NCBI GenBank assembly: GCA_963702435.1
Contig: CAVPCR010000003.1
Coordinates: forward strand, 320,001-384,000
DNA: 64,000 nt
Source: Candidatus Eiseniibacteriota bacterium
GTDB taxonomy: Bacteria; Eisenbacteria; RBG-16-71-46; CAVPCR01
Direction: 5' to 3'
The notes beneath the pieces were generated by a model. That model did not search any database. It was not told the origin of the DNA and saw only the letters and a list, made by a program, of their open reading frames with translations. Shown one piece after another: positions 23,306 to 32,905 of the stretch. A program made the translations under genes and the position numbers. How positions within the stretch are numbered: position 1 is the stretch's first letter; each line of letters begins with the position of its first letter.

Positions 23306-24397
23306 CTAGGCCCCGGGATAGCTCCGGAAGAGGGGGCCCCACGGCGACTTCATGTAGTCGGCCACGCGCCGCCGCCCGATCGCGGGGTACCAGTAGTAAT
23401 CGTGGTACGCCCACGACGCAATGTAGGTCGTGACGACGAGCGGCGTGTGGGTCAGGAGCCGTTCGATCGGCTTGAACATGCCGTGGTAGAGCGCATGCTG
23501 CCCGCGGCTCGCGAAGGTCGAGCCGAAGGCGCAGCCGAGATCCACGCCGTCGATCGCATCGCCCACGATCTCGATCTCGCGCGGATCCCCCACCCCGAGG
23601 CCGTGCTCGTGCGCGATCCGGATGAACGGCAGGCTCATCGGATCGAATCCCATCATCTTCGCCGAGATGGCATCGATCGCCGTCTGGTCGGCCGAGGCGA
23701 GCACGAAACCCGCCGGCCGCACCTCCATGCAGCGCGGCCCCGGCCCCGACCCCACCACGTGCCCGTCCATCACCGCGAAGATGCCCGAGTGGATCTCCTT
23801 CTGGATCATGAGGAGATCGACCAGGGTCTCGTGGATCACCGAGTGAGTCCAGTGGCGCTGGCGATGGAGCAGGCCGCCGAAGGCGTTCTTCATCGCCCCG
23901 GTGATCGTGGTGAAGACATGCGTCTTCATCGTCGGCAGATGGATGATGTTCTCACCGATCATCCGCTTCGGGATGCGGATCCCCTCCGGGTAGACCCGGT
24001 CGAGGACGAGGAGCTTGCCCTTCGGCTCGTAGTTGACCCACTCCTCGTTCTCGTAGAGGTGCACGTTCCTGAGCCCGTGCTTCTGGATGACCGGGAGCTG
24101 CTTGTTGGCCCGCTCCCCCTCGCGCGCCGAGACGACGACCGTGTCGTTGTGGCAGCCATGGATCAGCTCCCGCCGATAGCCGTCGGCAAGGAGGGCCTGG
24201 ATCACGCCGTCCAGCTGCCAGGGGGTCGTCGAGCAGGCCGGATAGAACTTCTGCCAGGAGATGTTGATCTTGAGCGCGGTGTCCTTGTCCTTGGGCAGAT
24301 GCGTCTGGTAATCCACCGAGCGCATCGCGCGCCCGAAATCGGCGACAATCGCCTCCGGCCTCGTGCGGAGCACGGCAACCCGGGATCTCGTGGCCAT
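23306..24397 (-). CDS. DUF362-family protein
   Basis: LKINISW, STTPWQL, LPTMKTHVFTTITGAMKNAFG, VMDG..G.GP, DQTAIDA. Confidence 0.8.
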   Translation of the reverse strand: MATRSRVAVLRTRPEAIVADFGRAMRSVDYQTHLPKDKDTALKINISWQKFYPACSTTPWQLDGVIQALLADGYRRELIHGCHNDTVVVSAREGERANKQLPVIQKHGLRNVHLYENEEWVNYEPKGKLLVLDRVYPEGIRIPKRMIGENIIHLPTMKTHVFTTITGAMKNAFGGLLHRQRHWTHSVIHETLVDLLMIQKEIHSGIFAVMDGHVVGSGPGPRCMEVRPAGFVLASADQTAIDAISAKMMGFDPMSLPFIRIAHEHGLGVGDPREIEIVGDAIDGVDLGCAFGSTFASRGQHALYHGMFKPIERLLTHTPLVVTTYIASWAYHDYYWYPAIGRRRVADYMKSPWGPLFRSYPGA

Positions 24398-24403
24398 GCC
24401 GGT

Positions 24404-25549
24404 CTATGACTCCTTCAGGAGATTGGCGGCGATGACGAGCCGCTGCACCTGGGACGTTCCTTCGTAGAGCTGGGTGATCTTCGCATCGCGATAGAGCCGC
24501 TCGACCGGGAAGTCCTGGATGTAACCGTACCCGCCATGGATCTGCACGGCGCGATCCGCCGCGCGCACCGCCACCTCGGAGGCGTAGAGCTTGGCCATCG
24601 ACGCCTCCTTGGCGCAGCGATCGCCGCGCCCGCGCATGACGGCGGCCCGATACATGAGGAGCTGCGCCGCGCTGATCTCGGTCGCCATGTCGGCGAGCAT
24701 CCACTGGATCGACTGGAACTCGGCGATCGGCTGCCCGAACTGCACCCGCTGCTGCGCGTACTTGAGCGCCTCGGCAAGGGCGTTCCGTGCGATCCCGATC
24801 GCCTGCGCGGCGATTCCGATCCGCCCGCCCTCGAGGGTGGCCATGGCGATCGAGTAGCCGCGGTGGAGCTCCCCGAGCAGGTTCTCGGCCGGCACCTCGG
24901 CGTCTTTGAAAACGATCTCCATGGTCGATGAGCCGCGAATGCCCATCGTCTTCTCGCGATGCGGGCGCTCGACGCCGGGGAAGCCCGTCTCGACCAGGAA
25001 GGCGGTGATGCCGCGGCTCTTGGCCGCGGGATCGGTCCGCGTGTAGACGAGCAGGAGATCGGCGACTCCGCCGTTGGTCACGAAGATCTTGGTGCCGTTC
25101 AGGATGTACTTCCCGTTCTTCGGCACCGCGGTCGTCTTCTGGTTCGCGGCGTCGGACCCCGCCTCCGGCTCGGTCAGGCAGTAGGCGCCGATCTTCTTCC
25201 CGGAGGCGAGCCCCTCGAGGTAGCGGCGCTTCTGCTCATCCGTGCCGAACTGCTGGAGCGGGCCGCAGACGAGCGAGTTCTGCACCGACATGACGACGCC
25301 GGTCGCCGCGCATCCCGCCGACACCTCCTCCAGGGCGAGGATGTACGACAGGAAATCGAGCCCGGCACCGCCCCAGTCGGGATCCACGCACATCCCCATG
25401 AAGCCCATCTCGCCGAGGCGGCGGATCGAGTCCCAGGGGAACTCGCGGGTCTCGTCGGTGTGGGGCGCGCGCGGCGCGATCTCCTTGGTCGCGAGTTCGC
25501 GTGCGGCCGCGCGAATCATCTCCTGTTCTTCGCTCAGCTCGAAGTCCAT
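24404..25549 (-). CDS. Acyl-CoA dehydrogenase (butyryl-CoA type)
   Basis: CLTEPEAGSDA, LNGTKIFVTNG, QFGQPIAEFQ, QIHGGYGY, LYEGTSQVQR; start ATG 25549. Confidence 0.92.
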   Translation of the reverse strand: MDFELSEEQEMIRAAARELATKEIAPRAPHTDETREFPWDSIRRLGEMGFMGMCVDPDWGGAGLDFLSYILALEEVSAGCAATGVVMSVQNSLVCGPLQQFGTDEQKRRYLEGLASGKKIGAYCLTEPEAGSDAANQKTTAVPKNGKYILNGTKIFVTNGGVADLLLVYTRTDPAAKSRGITAFLVETGFPGVERPHREKTMGIRGSSTMEIVFKDAEVPAENLLGELHRGYSIAMATLEGGRIGIAAQAIGIARNALAEALKYAQQRVQFGQPIAEFQSIQWMLADMATEISAAQLLMYRAAVMRGRGDRCAKEASMAKLYASEVAVRAADRAVQIHGGYGYIQDFPVERLYRDAKITQLYEGTSQVQRLVIAANLLKES

Positions 25550-25593
25550 GACTCGCTTTCTCTCGGTTGGCGGGTTGGCCCTGCCGGTCCACC

Positions 25594-26502
25594 TTACTGA
25601 TCCGGATACTCGTAGAACCCGTGCTTGGTCTTCCGGCCGAGGCGCCCGGCCGCCACCATCTTCTTGAGAAGCGGGCACGGGCGGTACTTGGGGTCCCCGT
25701 AACCCTCGTGCATCACCTCCATGATGTGGAGGCAGACATCGAGCCCGATGAAGTCGGCGAGGGTGAGCGGGCCCATCGGGTGGTTCATGCCGAGCTTCAT
25801 CACGGTGTCGATGGCCTCGGCGTCGGCCACCCCTTCCATGAGGGCGTAGACCGCCTCGTTGATCATCGGCATGAGAACGCGGTTCGAGATGAAGCCCGGA
25901 TAGTCCTTGACCTCGACCGGGGTCTTCCCGAGCCTGACGCTCAGATCGCGCACTGCGGCGTAGGTCTCGTCGGAGGTGGCGAGCCCGCGGATGATCTCGA
26001 CGAGCTTCATCACCGGCACCGGGTTCATGAAGTGCATCCCGATCACGCGGTCCTGGCGCCTGGTCGCGGCGGCGATCTCGGTGATCGAGATCGACGAGGT
26101 GTTCGAGGCGAGCACCACTTCCGGCCGGCAGACCGAGTCGAGCGACGAGAAGATCTCGCGCTTCACCTGCTTGTCCTCGCTCACCGCCTCGATCACGAGG
26201 TCGCACTTGGCGGCCGAGGAGAGGGAGACCGAGGTCTTGATCCGATCGAGAGTCTGGACCTTCAGGTCGGCCGTGATCTTCTCGCCCTTGACCATGCGGT
26301 CCAGGTTCTTCGTGATGGTCGCGATCGCCCGCCCGAGGAAGTCCTCCCCCACATCCATGAGCCAGACGTTGAGTCCGGTCTGGGCGAAGACATGGGCGAT
26401 GCCGTTCCCCATCGTCCCGCCGCCGACCACCCCCACCGTCGAGATCTGCGCTGCGGGCACCGGCTTGACCGGCGCGTCCCTGGTCACCGTCGCGTTCGTC
26501 AT
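25594..26502 (-). CDS. hbd: 3-hydroxybutyryl-CoA dehydrogenase
   Basis: GGGTMGNGIA, ASNTSSISIT, GMHFMNPVPVMKLVE, HPMGPL.LAD.IGLD. Confidence 0.92.
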   Translation of the reverse strand: MTNATVTRDAPVKPVPAAQISTVGVVGGGTMGNGIAHVFAQTGLNVWLMDVGEDFLGRAIATITKNLDRMVKGEKITADLKVQTLDRIKTSVSLSSAAKCDLVIEAVSEDKQVKREIFSSLDSVCRPEVVLASNTSSISITEIAAATRRQDRVIGMHFMNPVPVMKLVEIIRGLATSDETYAAVRDLSVRLGKTPVEVKDYPGFISNRVLMPMINEAVYALMEGVADAEAIDTVMKLGMNHPMGPLTLADFIGLDVCLHIMEVMHEGYGDPKYRPCPLLKKMVAAGRLGRKTKHGFYEYPDQ

Positions 26503-26550
26503 CGCTCCTCCTCCCGTTCGCTGCGCGCGCGTTCCCCGGTTCTTCTAGAC

Positions 26551-27741
26551 CTACACGAGCTCGATCGCCATGGCCACCGCCTCGCCGCCGCCGAGGCACA
26601 GCGTGGCGAGCCCCTTCGTCTTCCCCCGGTGCTTGAGCGCCTGGATCAGGGTGGCGACGATCCGCGCCCCCGAGGCGCCGATCGGATGGCCGAGCGCGAT
26701 CGCGCCCCCGTGCACGTTCACGCGTCCGAAGTCCCAGCCGAGCTCGCGGCCGTCGACCAGCGCCTGGGCGGCGAAGGCCTCGTTGGCCTCGATCAGATCC
26801 CAGTGGTCGATCTTGACGCCCATCTTCTGCATGAGCTTCCTGACTGCGACGACGGGAGCGTAGAAGACCATCTCCGGCTCGGCGCCGCCGGTCGCATACT
26901 CGACGATCCGCGCCTCGGGCTTGACGCCGAGATCCTTCGCGCGAGCCGCGGAGAGGACGACGAGAGCGGCGCCGCCGTCGTTCAGGCCGGGGGCGTTCCC
27001 CGCCGTCACCGTGCCCTCCTTCTCGAAAGCGGGCTTCAACCTGGCCAGCGCCTCGAGCGAGGTGTCGCGCCGCGGGCTCTCGTCGGCCGCGATCTTCTGC
27101 GGATCGCCCTTCTTCTGCGGCACCTCGACCGTGAACATCTCCTTCGCAAAGAGGTTCGCGTCCTGCGCCGCAACTGCCTTCTGGTGGCTCTCGACCGCGT
27201 AGCGGTCCTGATCCTCGCGCGTCACGTTGAACTTGCGCGCGATCAACTCGGCGGCGCTACCCATGTGGAAGTTGTTGAACGAATCCCAGAGCCCATCCTG
27301 GACGACCGAATCGGCCATCTGCGTCCCGCCGAGCCGGATCCCCGTCCGCGCCTCGGAGAGAAGGAAGGGCGCCTGCGACATGGACTCCATGCCGCCCGCG
27401 ACGAAGACCTGCGCGTCGCCGGCGCGGATCGCCTGCGCCGCGAGCATCGCCGCCTTGAGCCCGGAGCCGCAGACCTTGTTGATCGTCATCGCGCCGACGG
27501 TCGGCGGCACCCCGGCGCGGATCATCGCCTGGCGCGCCGGGGCCTGCCCGGCGCCGGCCTGGACGACGTGGCCCATGATGACCTCGTCCACCTGATCCGC
27601 GGGGACCCGGGCGCGGGCGAGCGCCTCGCGGATCGCCATGGCGCCGAGGTCCGTCGCCTTGAAGCTCGCGAGCCCGCCGAGGAAGCGACCGATCGGGGTG
27701 CGGCAGGACCCCGCTATGAAGACCTCATCGTTCTTCGCCAT
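26551..27741 (-). CDS. Acetyl-CoA C-acetyltransferase (thiolase)
   Basis: NKVCGSGL, NEAFA, GHPIGASG, CLGGG. Confidence 0.93.
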   Translation of the reverse strand: MAKNDEVFIAGSCRTPIGRFLGGLASFKATDLGAMAIREALARARVPADQVDEVIMGHVVQAGAGQAPARQAMIRAGVPPTVGAMTINKVCGSGLKAAMLAAQAIRAGDAQVFVAGGMESMSQAPFLLSEARTGIRLGGTQMADSVVQDGLWDSFNNFHMGSAAELIARKFNVTREDQDRYAVESHQKAVAAQDANLFAKEMFTVEVPQKKGDPQKIAADESPRRDTSLEALARLKPAFEKEGTVTAGNAPGLNDGGAALVVLSAARAKDLGVKPEARIVEYATGGAEPEMVFYAPVVAVRKLMQKMGVKIDHWDLIEANEAFAAQALVDGRELGWDFGRVNVHGGAIALGHPIGASGARIVATLIQALKHRGKTKGLATLCLGGGEAVAMAIELV

Positions 27742-27906
27742 CGGAGTTTCCCTTCGAGATACGTGAGTCGAGCGGAGGCATGACCCCGCGCGCGCGGGAG
27801 TTGGCCAGGGGACGGGAAGGCGCGTCGCCCCGCGAAGCGCAAGCGAAGAAAGCTAACCCCCGAACGGGAGGGGCGTCAAGGCGCGGCGCAGGACGCGACC
27901 CCTCCC

Positions 27907-28596
27907 CTACGGGAGGAAAATCGCCTTGATCCCGCCCCAGGTCGCAGGCTCGACCACGCTCGCGCCGCGCGGAGCGGGCCGCGGCAGATCGGTCCACTCC
28001 CCGATCCAGTAGCGGCCGTAGTAGCGGCCGCCCTCCGCCGGCGGTTGCGCGGTGTCCGGGGCGAACTCGAAGTTCGCCTGGGCGCCGTTCACCTCGAGGC
28101 CGTCGTTTGGATTGAACATGAGCCGGAGGTACACGTTCGACGCGAAGATCGCCTCCCAGTCAACCTTCTCGGGATCGTTCGCGATCCGCTCGGTCGCTCC
28201 ATGGGTGATTCGAAGCTCGAGGAGGTAGATCGACGTGTCGGCCTGCGCCTCGAACAACCCGCGGTGCGCCTCCATCTCCGCGTCGAGCCCCCAGCTCGCC
28301 GGCAGCCCATGCTGGATGTCGGCCGGCTGGAGGATGAACTTGAAGCCGGTCCGCGGTGGGTTGGTGCTCGCATCGGGCCGGAGAAGGAGCGAGTCGTACG
28401 CGTTCACCCGCTCGAGCGCGGTGTGCTCGTCGTCGTTGTAAATGGTGACGAGGTTCTCGAGCAGGTTCTCGGGCGGCGTCGGCACCTCGAGCGCCCAGGG
28501 CGGCTCGGGCGTCATTGGATCATCGTCGTCGCCGCACGCGAACACGGCGCAAGCCAGGGCGGAGAAGAGCACGAGGCAGGCATGGCGGGCTGTCAT
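27907..28596 (-). CDS. Hypothetical lipoprotein with C-terminal EPATWGGIK tag
   Basis: GGAGGT RBS; lipobox VFAC-GDDDD; ends SVVEPATWGGIKAIFLP. Confidence 0.75.
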   Translation of the reverse strand: MTARHACLVLFSALACAVFACGDDDDPMTPEPPWALEVPTPPENLLENLVTIYNDDEHTALERVNAYDSLLLRPDASTNPPRTGFKFILQPADIQHGLPASWGLDAEMEAHRGLFEAQADTSIYLLELRITHGATERIANDPEKVDWEAIFASNVYLRLMFNPNDGLEVNGAQANFEFAPDTAQPPAEGGRYYGRYWIGEWTDLPRPAPRGASVVEPATWGGIKAIFLP

Positions 28597-28667
28597 GGCA
28601 TGACCTCCGGCGGGACGGGAACGAGCCTAGCACACTCGCGCCGGCCGCGCCGGACATCGCCGCCGCC

Positions 28668-29315
28668 CTACACCGGCATAGTCTTCACGTCCCCGACGAG
28701 GAGCGGCGCCGCGGTTGCCGCCTTGACCTGCTCGACCGTGACGCCCGGCGCCACCTCGACCAGCGCGAAGCCGCGCGGGGTCACGTCCACCACCGCGAGC
28801 TCGGTGATGACACGGTTCACGACTCCCCGCCCGGTGAGCGGCAGCGTGCAGCGCGGGAGGAACTTCGAGGCGCCGCTCTTGTCGGTGTGATTCATCGTGA
28901 CGACGATCCGCTTGGCGCCGGCGACGAGATCCATCGCGCCACCCATCCCCTTCACCATCTTCCCGGGGACCATCCAGTTCGCGATGTCGCCCTCCGCGTC
29001 CACCTCGAGCGCGCCGAGGATGGCGAGGTCGATGTGGCCGCCCCGGATCATGGCGAACGAATCCGCGCTCGAGAAGAAGGAGGCGCCGGTCACGGCGGTG
29101 ACCGTCTGCTTTCCGGCGTTGATGAGATCGGCGTCCTCATCGCCCGCGAACGGGAAGGGGCCGATCCCGAGGAGACCGTTCTCCGATTGCAGGACGACGC
29201 TCATCCCTGCCGGGATGTAGTTCGCGACCAGGGTCGGCATGCCGATCCCGAGATTGACGTAGTAGCCGTCGCGGAGCTCAAGCGCCGCTCTTTGGACGAT
29301 TCGTTCTTTGCTCAA
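28668..29315 (-). CDS. scoB: 3-oxoacid CoA-transferase subunit B
   Basis: [14 protein letters not shown] (catalytic Glu), [12 protein letters not shown] start lies inside the scoA 3' end. Confidence 0.88.
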   Translation of the reverse strand: MSKERIVQRAALELRDGYYVNLGIGMPTLVANYIPAGMSVVLQSENGLLGIGPFPFAGDEDADLINAGKQTVTAVTGASFFSSADSFAMIRGGHIDLAILGALEVDAEGDIANWMVPGKMVKGMGGAMDLVAGAKRIVVTMNHTDKSGASKFLPRCTLPLTGRGVVNRVITELAVVDVTPRGFALVEVAPGVTVEQVKAATAAPLLVGDVKTMPV

Positions 29316-29989
29316 TGCGCTTCTCGTAGCCGACGCCCTGGAAGAGGAAGTCGACGAAGATGCCGGGGGTGTGGACGTGGTCGGGATCGATGGCGCCGGG
29401 CGCCACCAGCGCTTCGACCTCGGCGATCGTCACCTCGCCGGCGGTGGCCATCATCGGATTGAAGTTCCGTGCGGTCATCCGGTACACGAGATTCCCGAGC
29501 GGGTCGCCGGTATGCGCCTTGACGAAGGCGAAATCGGCGCGGAGCCCGCGCTCCAGCACGACCTCCCGCCCGTCGAAGAAGCGGGTCTCCTTGCCCTCCG
29601 CGATCGCGGTGCCGACTCCGGTCGGCGTGTAGAAGCCGGCGATGCCGGCGCCGCCGGCGCGGATCCGCTCGGCGAAGGTGCCCTGCGGCACGAGCTCCAC
29701 CTCGAGCGAGCCGTCGAGGAACTGCCGCTCGAAGATCTCGTTCTCGCCCACATAGGTGGCGATCATCTTCCGCACCTGGCGGGTCGCGAGCAGGATGCCG
29801 AGACCGAAGTCGGCGACGCCGGCGTTGTTCGAGATGACGGTCACGATCCTTCGTTCCGAGCTCGCGCACCGCCAGGATCAGGTTCTCCGGGATGCCGCAG
29901 AGGCCGAACCCGCCGACCATGACGGTCGCGCCGTCGCGGAAACCGGCGCGCGCGAGCGCTGCGGCGGCGTTCGCCACGATCTTGTTCAT
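29278..29989 (-). CDS. scoA: 3-oxoacid CoA-transferase subunit A, split by one extra base near 29844 (probable sequencing error)
   Basis: MNKIV...[19 protein letters not shown], then shifted frame TVISNNAG...[13 protein letters not shown]...HTPGIFVD; removing one base gives KDLTVISNN. Confidence 0.85.
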
Positions 29990-30420
29990 GCCATGCTCCG
30001 CGGCGCCGCGGCCCGCGGGCGGTGCTCGCCGACCCACTGCCGGATGTAGTCCGCGATGTCGCGGGTCGAGGTGCCCGGACCGAACAGCTTCCCGAATCCC
30101 AGCGCCTCGAGCTTCTCGACATCGGGCGCCGGGATGATGCCGCCGCCGATCACGAGCACGTTCTTGAGCCCCTTCTCCTCGAGCGCGGCGAGCACGCGCG
30201 GGAAGAGCGTCATGTGCGCTCCCGACAGGCTCGAGAGAGCGATGACGTCGGCGTCTTCCTCGAGCGCCGCCTGGGCGACCATCTCGGGCGTCTGATGGAG
30301 GCCGGTGTAGATGACCTCCATGCCGGCGTCGCGGAGCGCGGCGGCGACCACCTTCGCCCCGCGGTCGTGCCCGTCGAGGCCGGGCTTGGCGACGAGGACT
30401 CGAATCTTGCGCTCTGCCAC
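29986..30420 (-). CDS. Cobalamin-binding small subunit of acyl-CoA mutase
   Basis: [30 protein letters not shown]. Confidence 0.92.
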   Translation of the reverse strand: MAERKIRVLVAKPGLDGHDRGAKVVAAALRDAGMEVIYTGLHQTPEMVAQAALEEDADVIALSSLSGAHMTLFPRVLAALEEKGLKNVLVIGGGIIPAPDVEKLEALGFGKLFGPGTSTRDIADYIRQWVGEHRPRAAAPRSMA

Positions 30421-30489
30421 GGAAACCTCCAGAACAGCGATCGGAGTGCGGCCGGAAGCGGCGATGATACCGCACCCGGCGCGGTGTCG

Positions 30490-31488
30490 TCAGCCGGCGC
30501 CGGCCCCCAGCTCCCGGCCGCGCTCCGCGTCCAGGAATGCGGCGAGGAGGGCGCCGGCGGCCCGCTCCGGGGTCTCGTCCCCGGCCGCCACCGCTGCGGC
30601 CGCCCGCTCGAGCGCCTGGTCCCACCCGGCGTCGAGCCGTGCGGTGATCGTCTCGACCAGGATGCCGGTCAGACGCGCGCGGATCGCGCGGAGCCGCCGC
30701 GCGCGGGCGCGCTCGCCGGCCGCCGCGCCGCCCGCTTCGAGCGCGGCGACGAGCTCATCGGCGCCGCGCCCGGTCGTCGCCTCGGCGAGAAGGACCGGCA
30801 CGTCCGTCGCCTCGCCGCCGCGGAGCGCGAGCGCGTCGCGCAGGTTCTCGACCATCGCCTCGGCGCCGGGCCGATCGGCCTTGTTGACGACCATGACGTC
30901 GCCGATCTCGGTGATCCCGGCCTTGAGACTCTGCACGTCGTCGCCGGCCTCGGGCACCAGCACGACGACGATCAGGTGCGCCGCGGCCGCGATCTCGACC
31001 TCGTTCTGCCCGACGCCCACCGACTCGATGAGCACGCGCTCGAAGCCGCCGAGCTCGAGGAGATCCGCCGCGTCGAAGACCGCGGCGGCGAGACCGCCAT
31101 GGTGGCCGCGCGTCGCCATCGAGCGCACGAAGACGCCGGGATCCCCGCCGAGCGCCGCCATGCGGATCCGGTCGCCGAGCAGCGCGCCGCCCGTGAACGG
31201 GCTCGTCGGGTCGACCGCGAGCACGCCGACCCGGCGCTCGAGCGCGCGGTACCGGCACGCCACCTGGGTGATGAGGGTGCTCTTGCCGGCGCCGGGCGGG
31301 CCGGTGAAACCGATCCGGAGAGCGCCGCCCGCGGCCCTCCGCGCCACGTCGAGGAGCGGATCGGCGGCCGTGGGCAGCCGGTTCTCGATCGCCGTGAGCG
31401 CGCGCGCCAGCGCGCCGCGATCGCCGCCGCGAATCGCCGCCGCGAGATCGGTGGACGCCGGCGGGTCGCGCCGCGCATCAGAGGACAC
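30490..31488 (-). CDS. meaB: MeaB/ArgK mutase-associated GTPase
   Basis: GPPGAGKST, VDPTSPFTGGALLGDRIRM, ESVGVGQNE, NKAD. Confidence 0.92.
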   Translation of the reverse strand: MSSDARRDPPASTDLAAAIRGGDRGALARALTAIENRLPTAADPLLDVARRAAGGALRIGFTGPPGAGKSTLITQVACRYRALERRVGVLAVDPTSPFTGGALLGDRIRMAALGGDPGVFVRSMATRGHHGGLAAAVFDAADLLELGGFERVLIESVGVGQNEVEIAAAAHLIVVVLVPEAGDDVQSLKAGITEIGDVMVVNKADRPGAEAMVENLRDALALRGGEATDVPVLLAEATTGRGADELVAALEAGGAAAGERARARRLRAIRARLTGILVETITARLDAGWDQALERAAAAVAAGDETPERAAGALLAAFLDAERGRELGAGAG

Positions 31489-31544
31489 GTGGATTCCTCA
31501 TCGCAGCGGCAGCATACCACGCGTCCCCGTTCGCCCGCCTCGCA

Positions 31545-32435
31545 TCAGCGCGGCTTGCGCACGACGAGATCCGCGCTCCGCATCACCGCCAGGACGGTCT
31601 CGGCCACCGACCGAGCGGAGACCGACCCATCTGAACGCCCCGCGAAGCTGCCTGCCAGCTCCTCTCCCACCTCTTCGGCCACGGCCGTCCCGCGCACATC
31701 GAGCTTCTCGATCGCAAGCCCCGCCGCCTCGATCGCGCGCCGGTAGTCGTCGACGAGGAGCGCCCCGCCCACGCAACCCGCGATCGCGGTGGGGTGGTTC
31801 CGCACCTCCTCCGGAAGGGGAGCGAGGAGCACGATGTCCGAGATGTACGCGCGCCCGCCGGGCTTGAGCACGCGCTGGATCTCGCGAAAGGCCTGCCCCT
31901 TGTCCGGCACGAGGTTGATCACGCAGTTCGAGACGACGACATCCATCGCGGCGTCGTCGATCGGCAGGCGCTCGATCTCCCCGAGCCGGAACTCGACGTT
32001 CGGGAAGCGACCGCCCGCCGCGGCCCGCGCCCGCGAGATCATCTCGGGCGTCATGTCCACCCCGATCACGCGCCCGCTGGGCCCGACCGCCCGCGCCGCG
32101 AGGAAGCAGTCGACGCCGGCACCCGAGCCGAGATCGAGCACGCACTCCCCGGACGCGATCGAGCCGAGCGCCGTCGGATGCCCGCAACCGAGACCGAGGT
32201 GCGATTCAGCCGGGATCGCCGCCAGGTCGGCCACCGAGTAACCGGCGGCATCCTCGGCGCAGCTCGCGTCGCCGCCGCAGCAGCTGCCCCCGCGCGCCGC
32301 CTTCGCGTAGTGCGCCCGCACCTCGTGCTTGATCTCCTCCGGGCCGAGGGCGGTCGTTGCGGATCGCACTGCTGCCGCATCCGGTCGGGACGCCGCCCCG
32401 CCGCAGCAACCTCCGGCGTTCTTGTTCGTGGTCAT
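31545..32435 (-). CDS. arsM: Arsenite S-adenosylmethionine methyltransferase
   Basis: LGLGCG.P, LDLGSGAG.D, GVDMTPEM, SNCVINL, GCVGGA; ATG 32435 overlaps the arsR stop. Confidence 0.85.
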   Translation of the reverse strand: MTTNKNAGGCCGGAASRPDAAAVRSATTALGPEEIKHEVRAHYAKAARGGSCCGGDASCAEDAAGYSVADLAAIPAESHLGLGCGHPTALGSIASGECVLDLGSGAGVDCFLAARAVGPSGRVIGVDMTPEMISRARAAAGGRFPNVEFRLGEIERLPIDDAAMDVVVSNCVINLVPDKGQAFREIQRVLKPGGRAYISDIVLLAPLPEEVRNHPTAIAGCVGGALLVDDYRRAIEAAGLAIEKLDVRGTAVAEEVGEELAGSFAGRSDGSVSARSVAETVLAVMRSADLVVRKPR

Positions 32436-32817
32436 GAGGTCTCTCCTTCCCCTCCGGTCCCCCGCACGAGATCCGCCCCGTCCGGCACCGCGGACAGGAA
32501 GCGCACGATCCGGGCGAGGACGTCCTCGCGCGCCCGGCAGTAGATGAACTGCCCGCGCCGCTCGACGTCGATGAGACCGGCCGTTCTGAGTTCCTTGAGA
32601 TGATGCGAAACGGTGGACGGCGCGATGTCGCACTCGCAGGCGAGGTCGCCGACGCAGGCTCCCGCCGGCGCCGCCTTCCCCCCGCGACCTGCGCCGCCGG
32701 CTTCGCGCTCGATTCCGCCGGGTAGCAGCAGAAGCATTGCGCCCGGATGAGCGTGAAGAGCCGGAGCCGCTGCGGATGCGCAAGGGCCTTGAGTTGCTTC
32801 GCCATCGCATCGATCAT
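32432..32817 (-). CDS. arsR: ArsR/SmtB regulator, frameshifted in a G6 run (32678-32683)
   Basis: KALAHPQRLRLF in one frame; CVGDL...APSTVSHHLKELRTAGLIDVERRGQFIYC in another; one more G joins them. Confidence 0.78.
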
Positions 32818-32858
32818 CCCGTTTCGCCTCCTCCGGAGCGTTCGTCCGAGCTCTTCGG

Positions 32859-32888
32859 TATTTCTAAGACTCTCGAACTATCGAAATA
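32859..32888. promoter_or_regulatory. Possible ArsR operator
   Basis: AT-rich imperfect palindrome TATTTC...GAAATA between divergent arsR and MFS genes. Confidence 0.35.
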
Positions 32889-32905
32889 GGTGCAAGTACT
32901 TTCCG

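Noticed and set aside
31480..31547. Sec readthrough at the arsM stop (KPR-TGA-TGC...VCCRC)
   Set aside because: ArsM normally ends at this KP motif; readthrough would run into an Arg-rich off-frame overlap of meaB; no convincing SECIS seen
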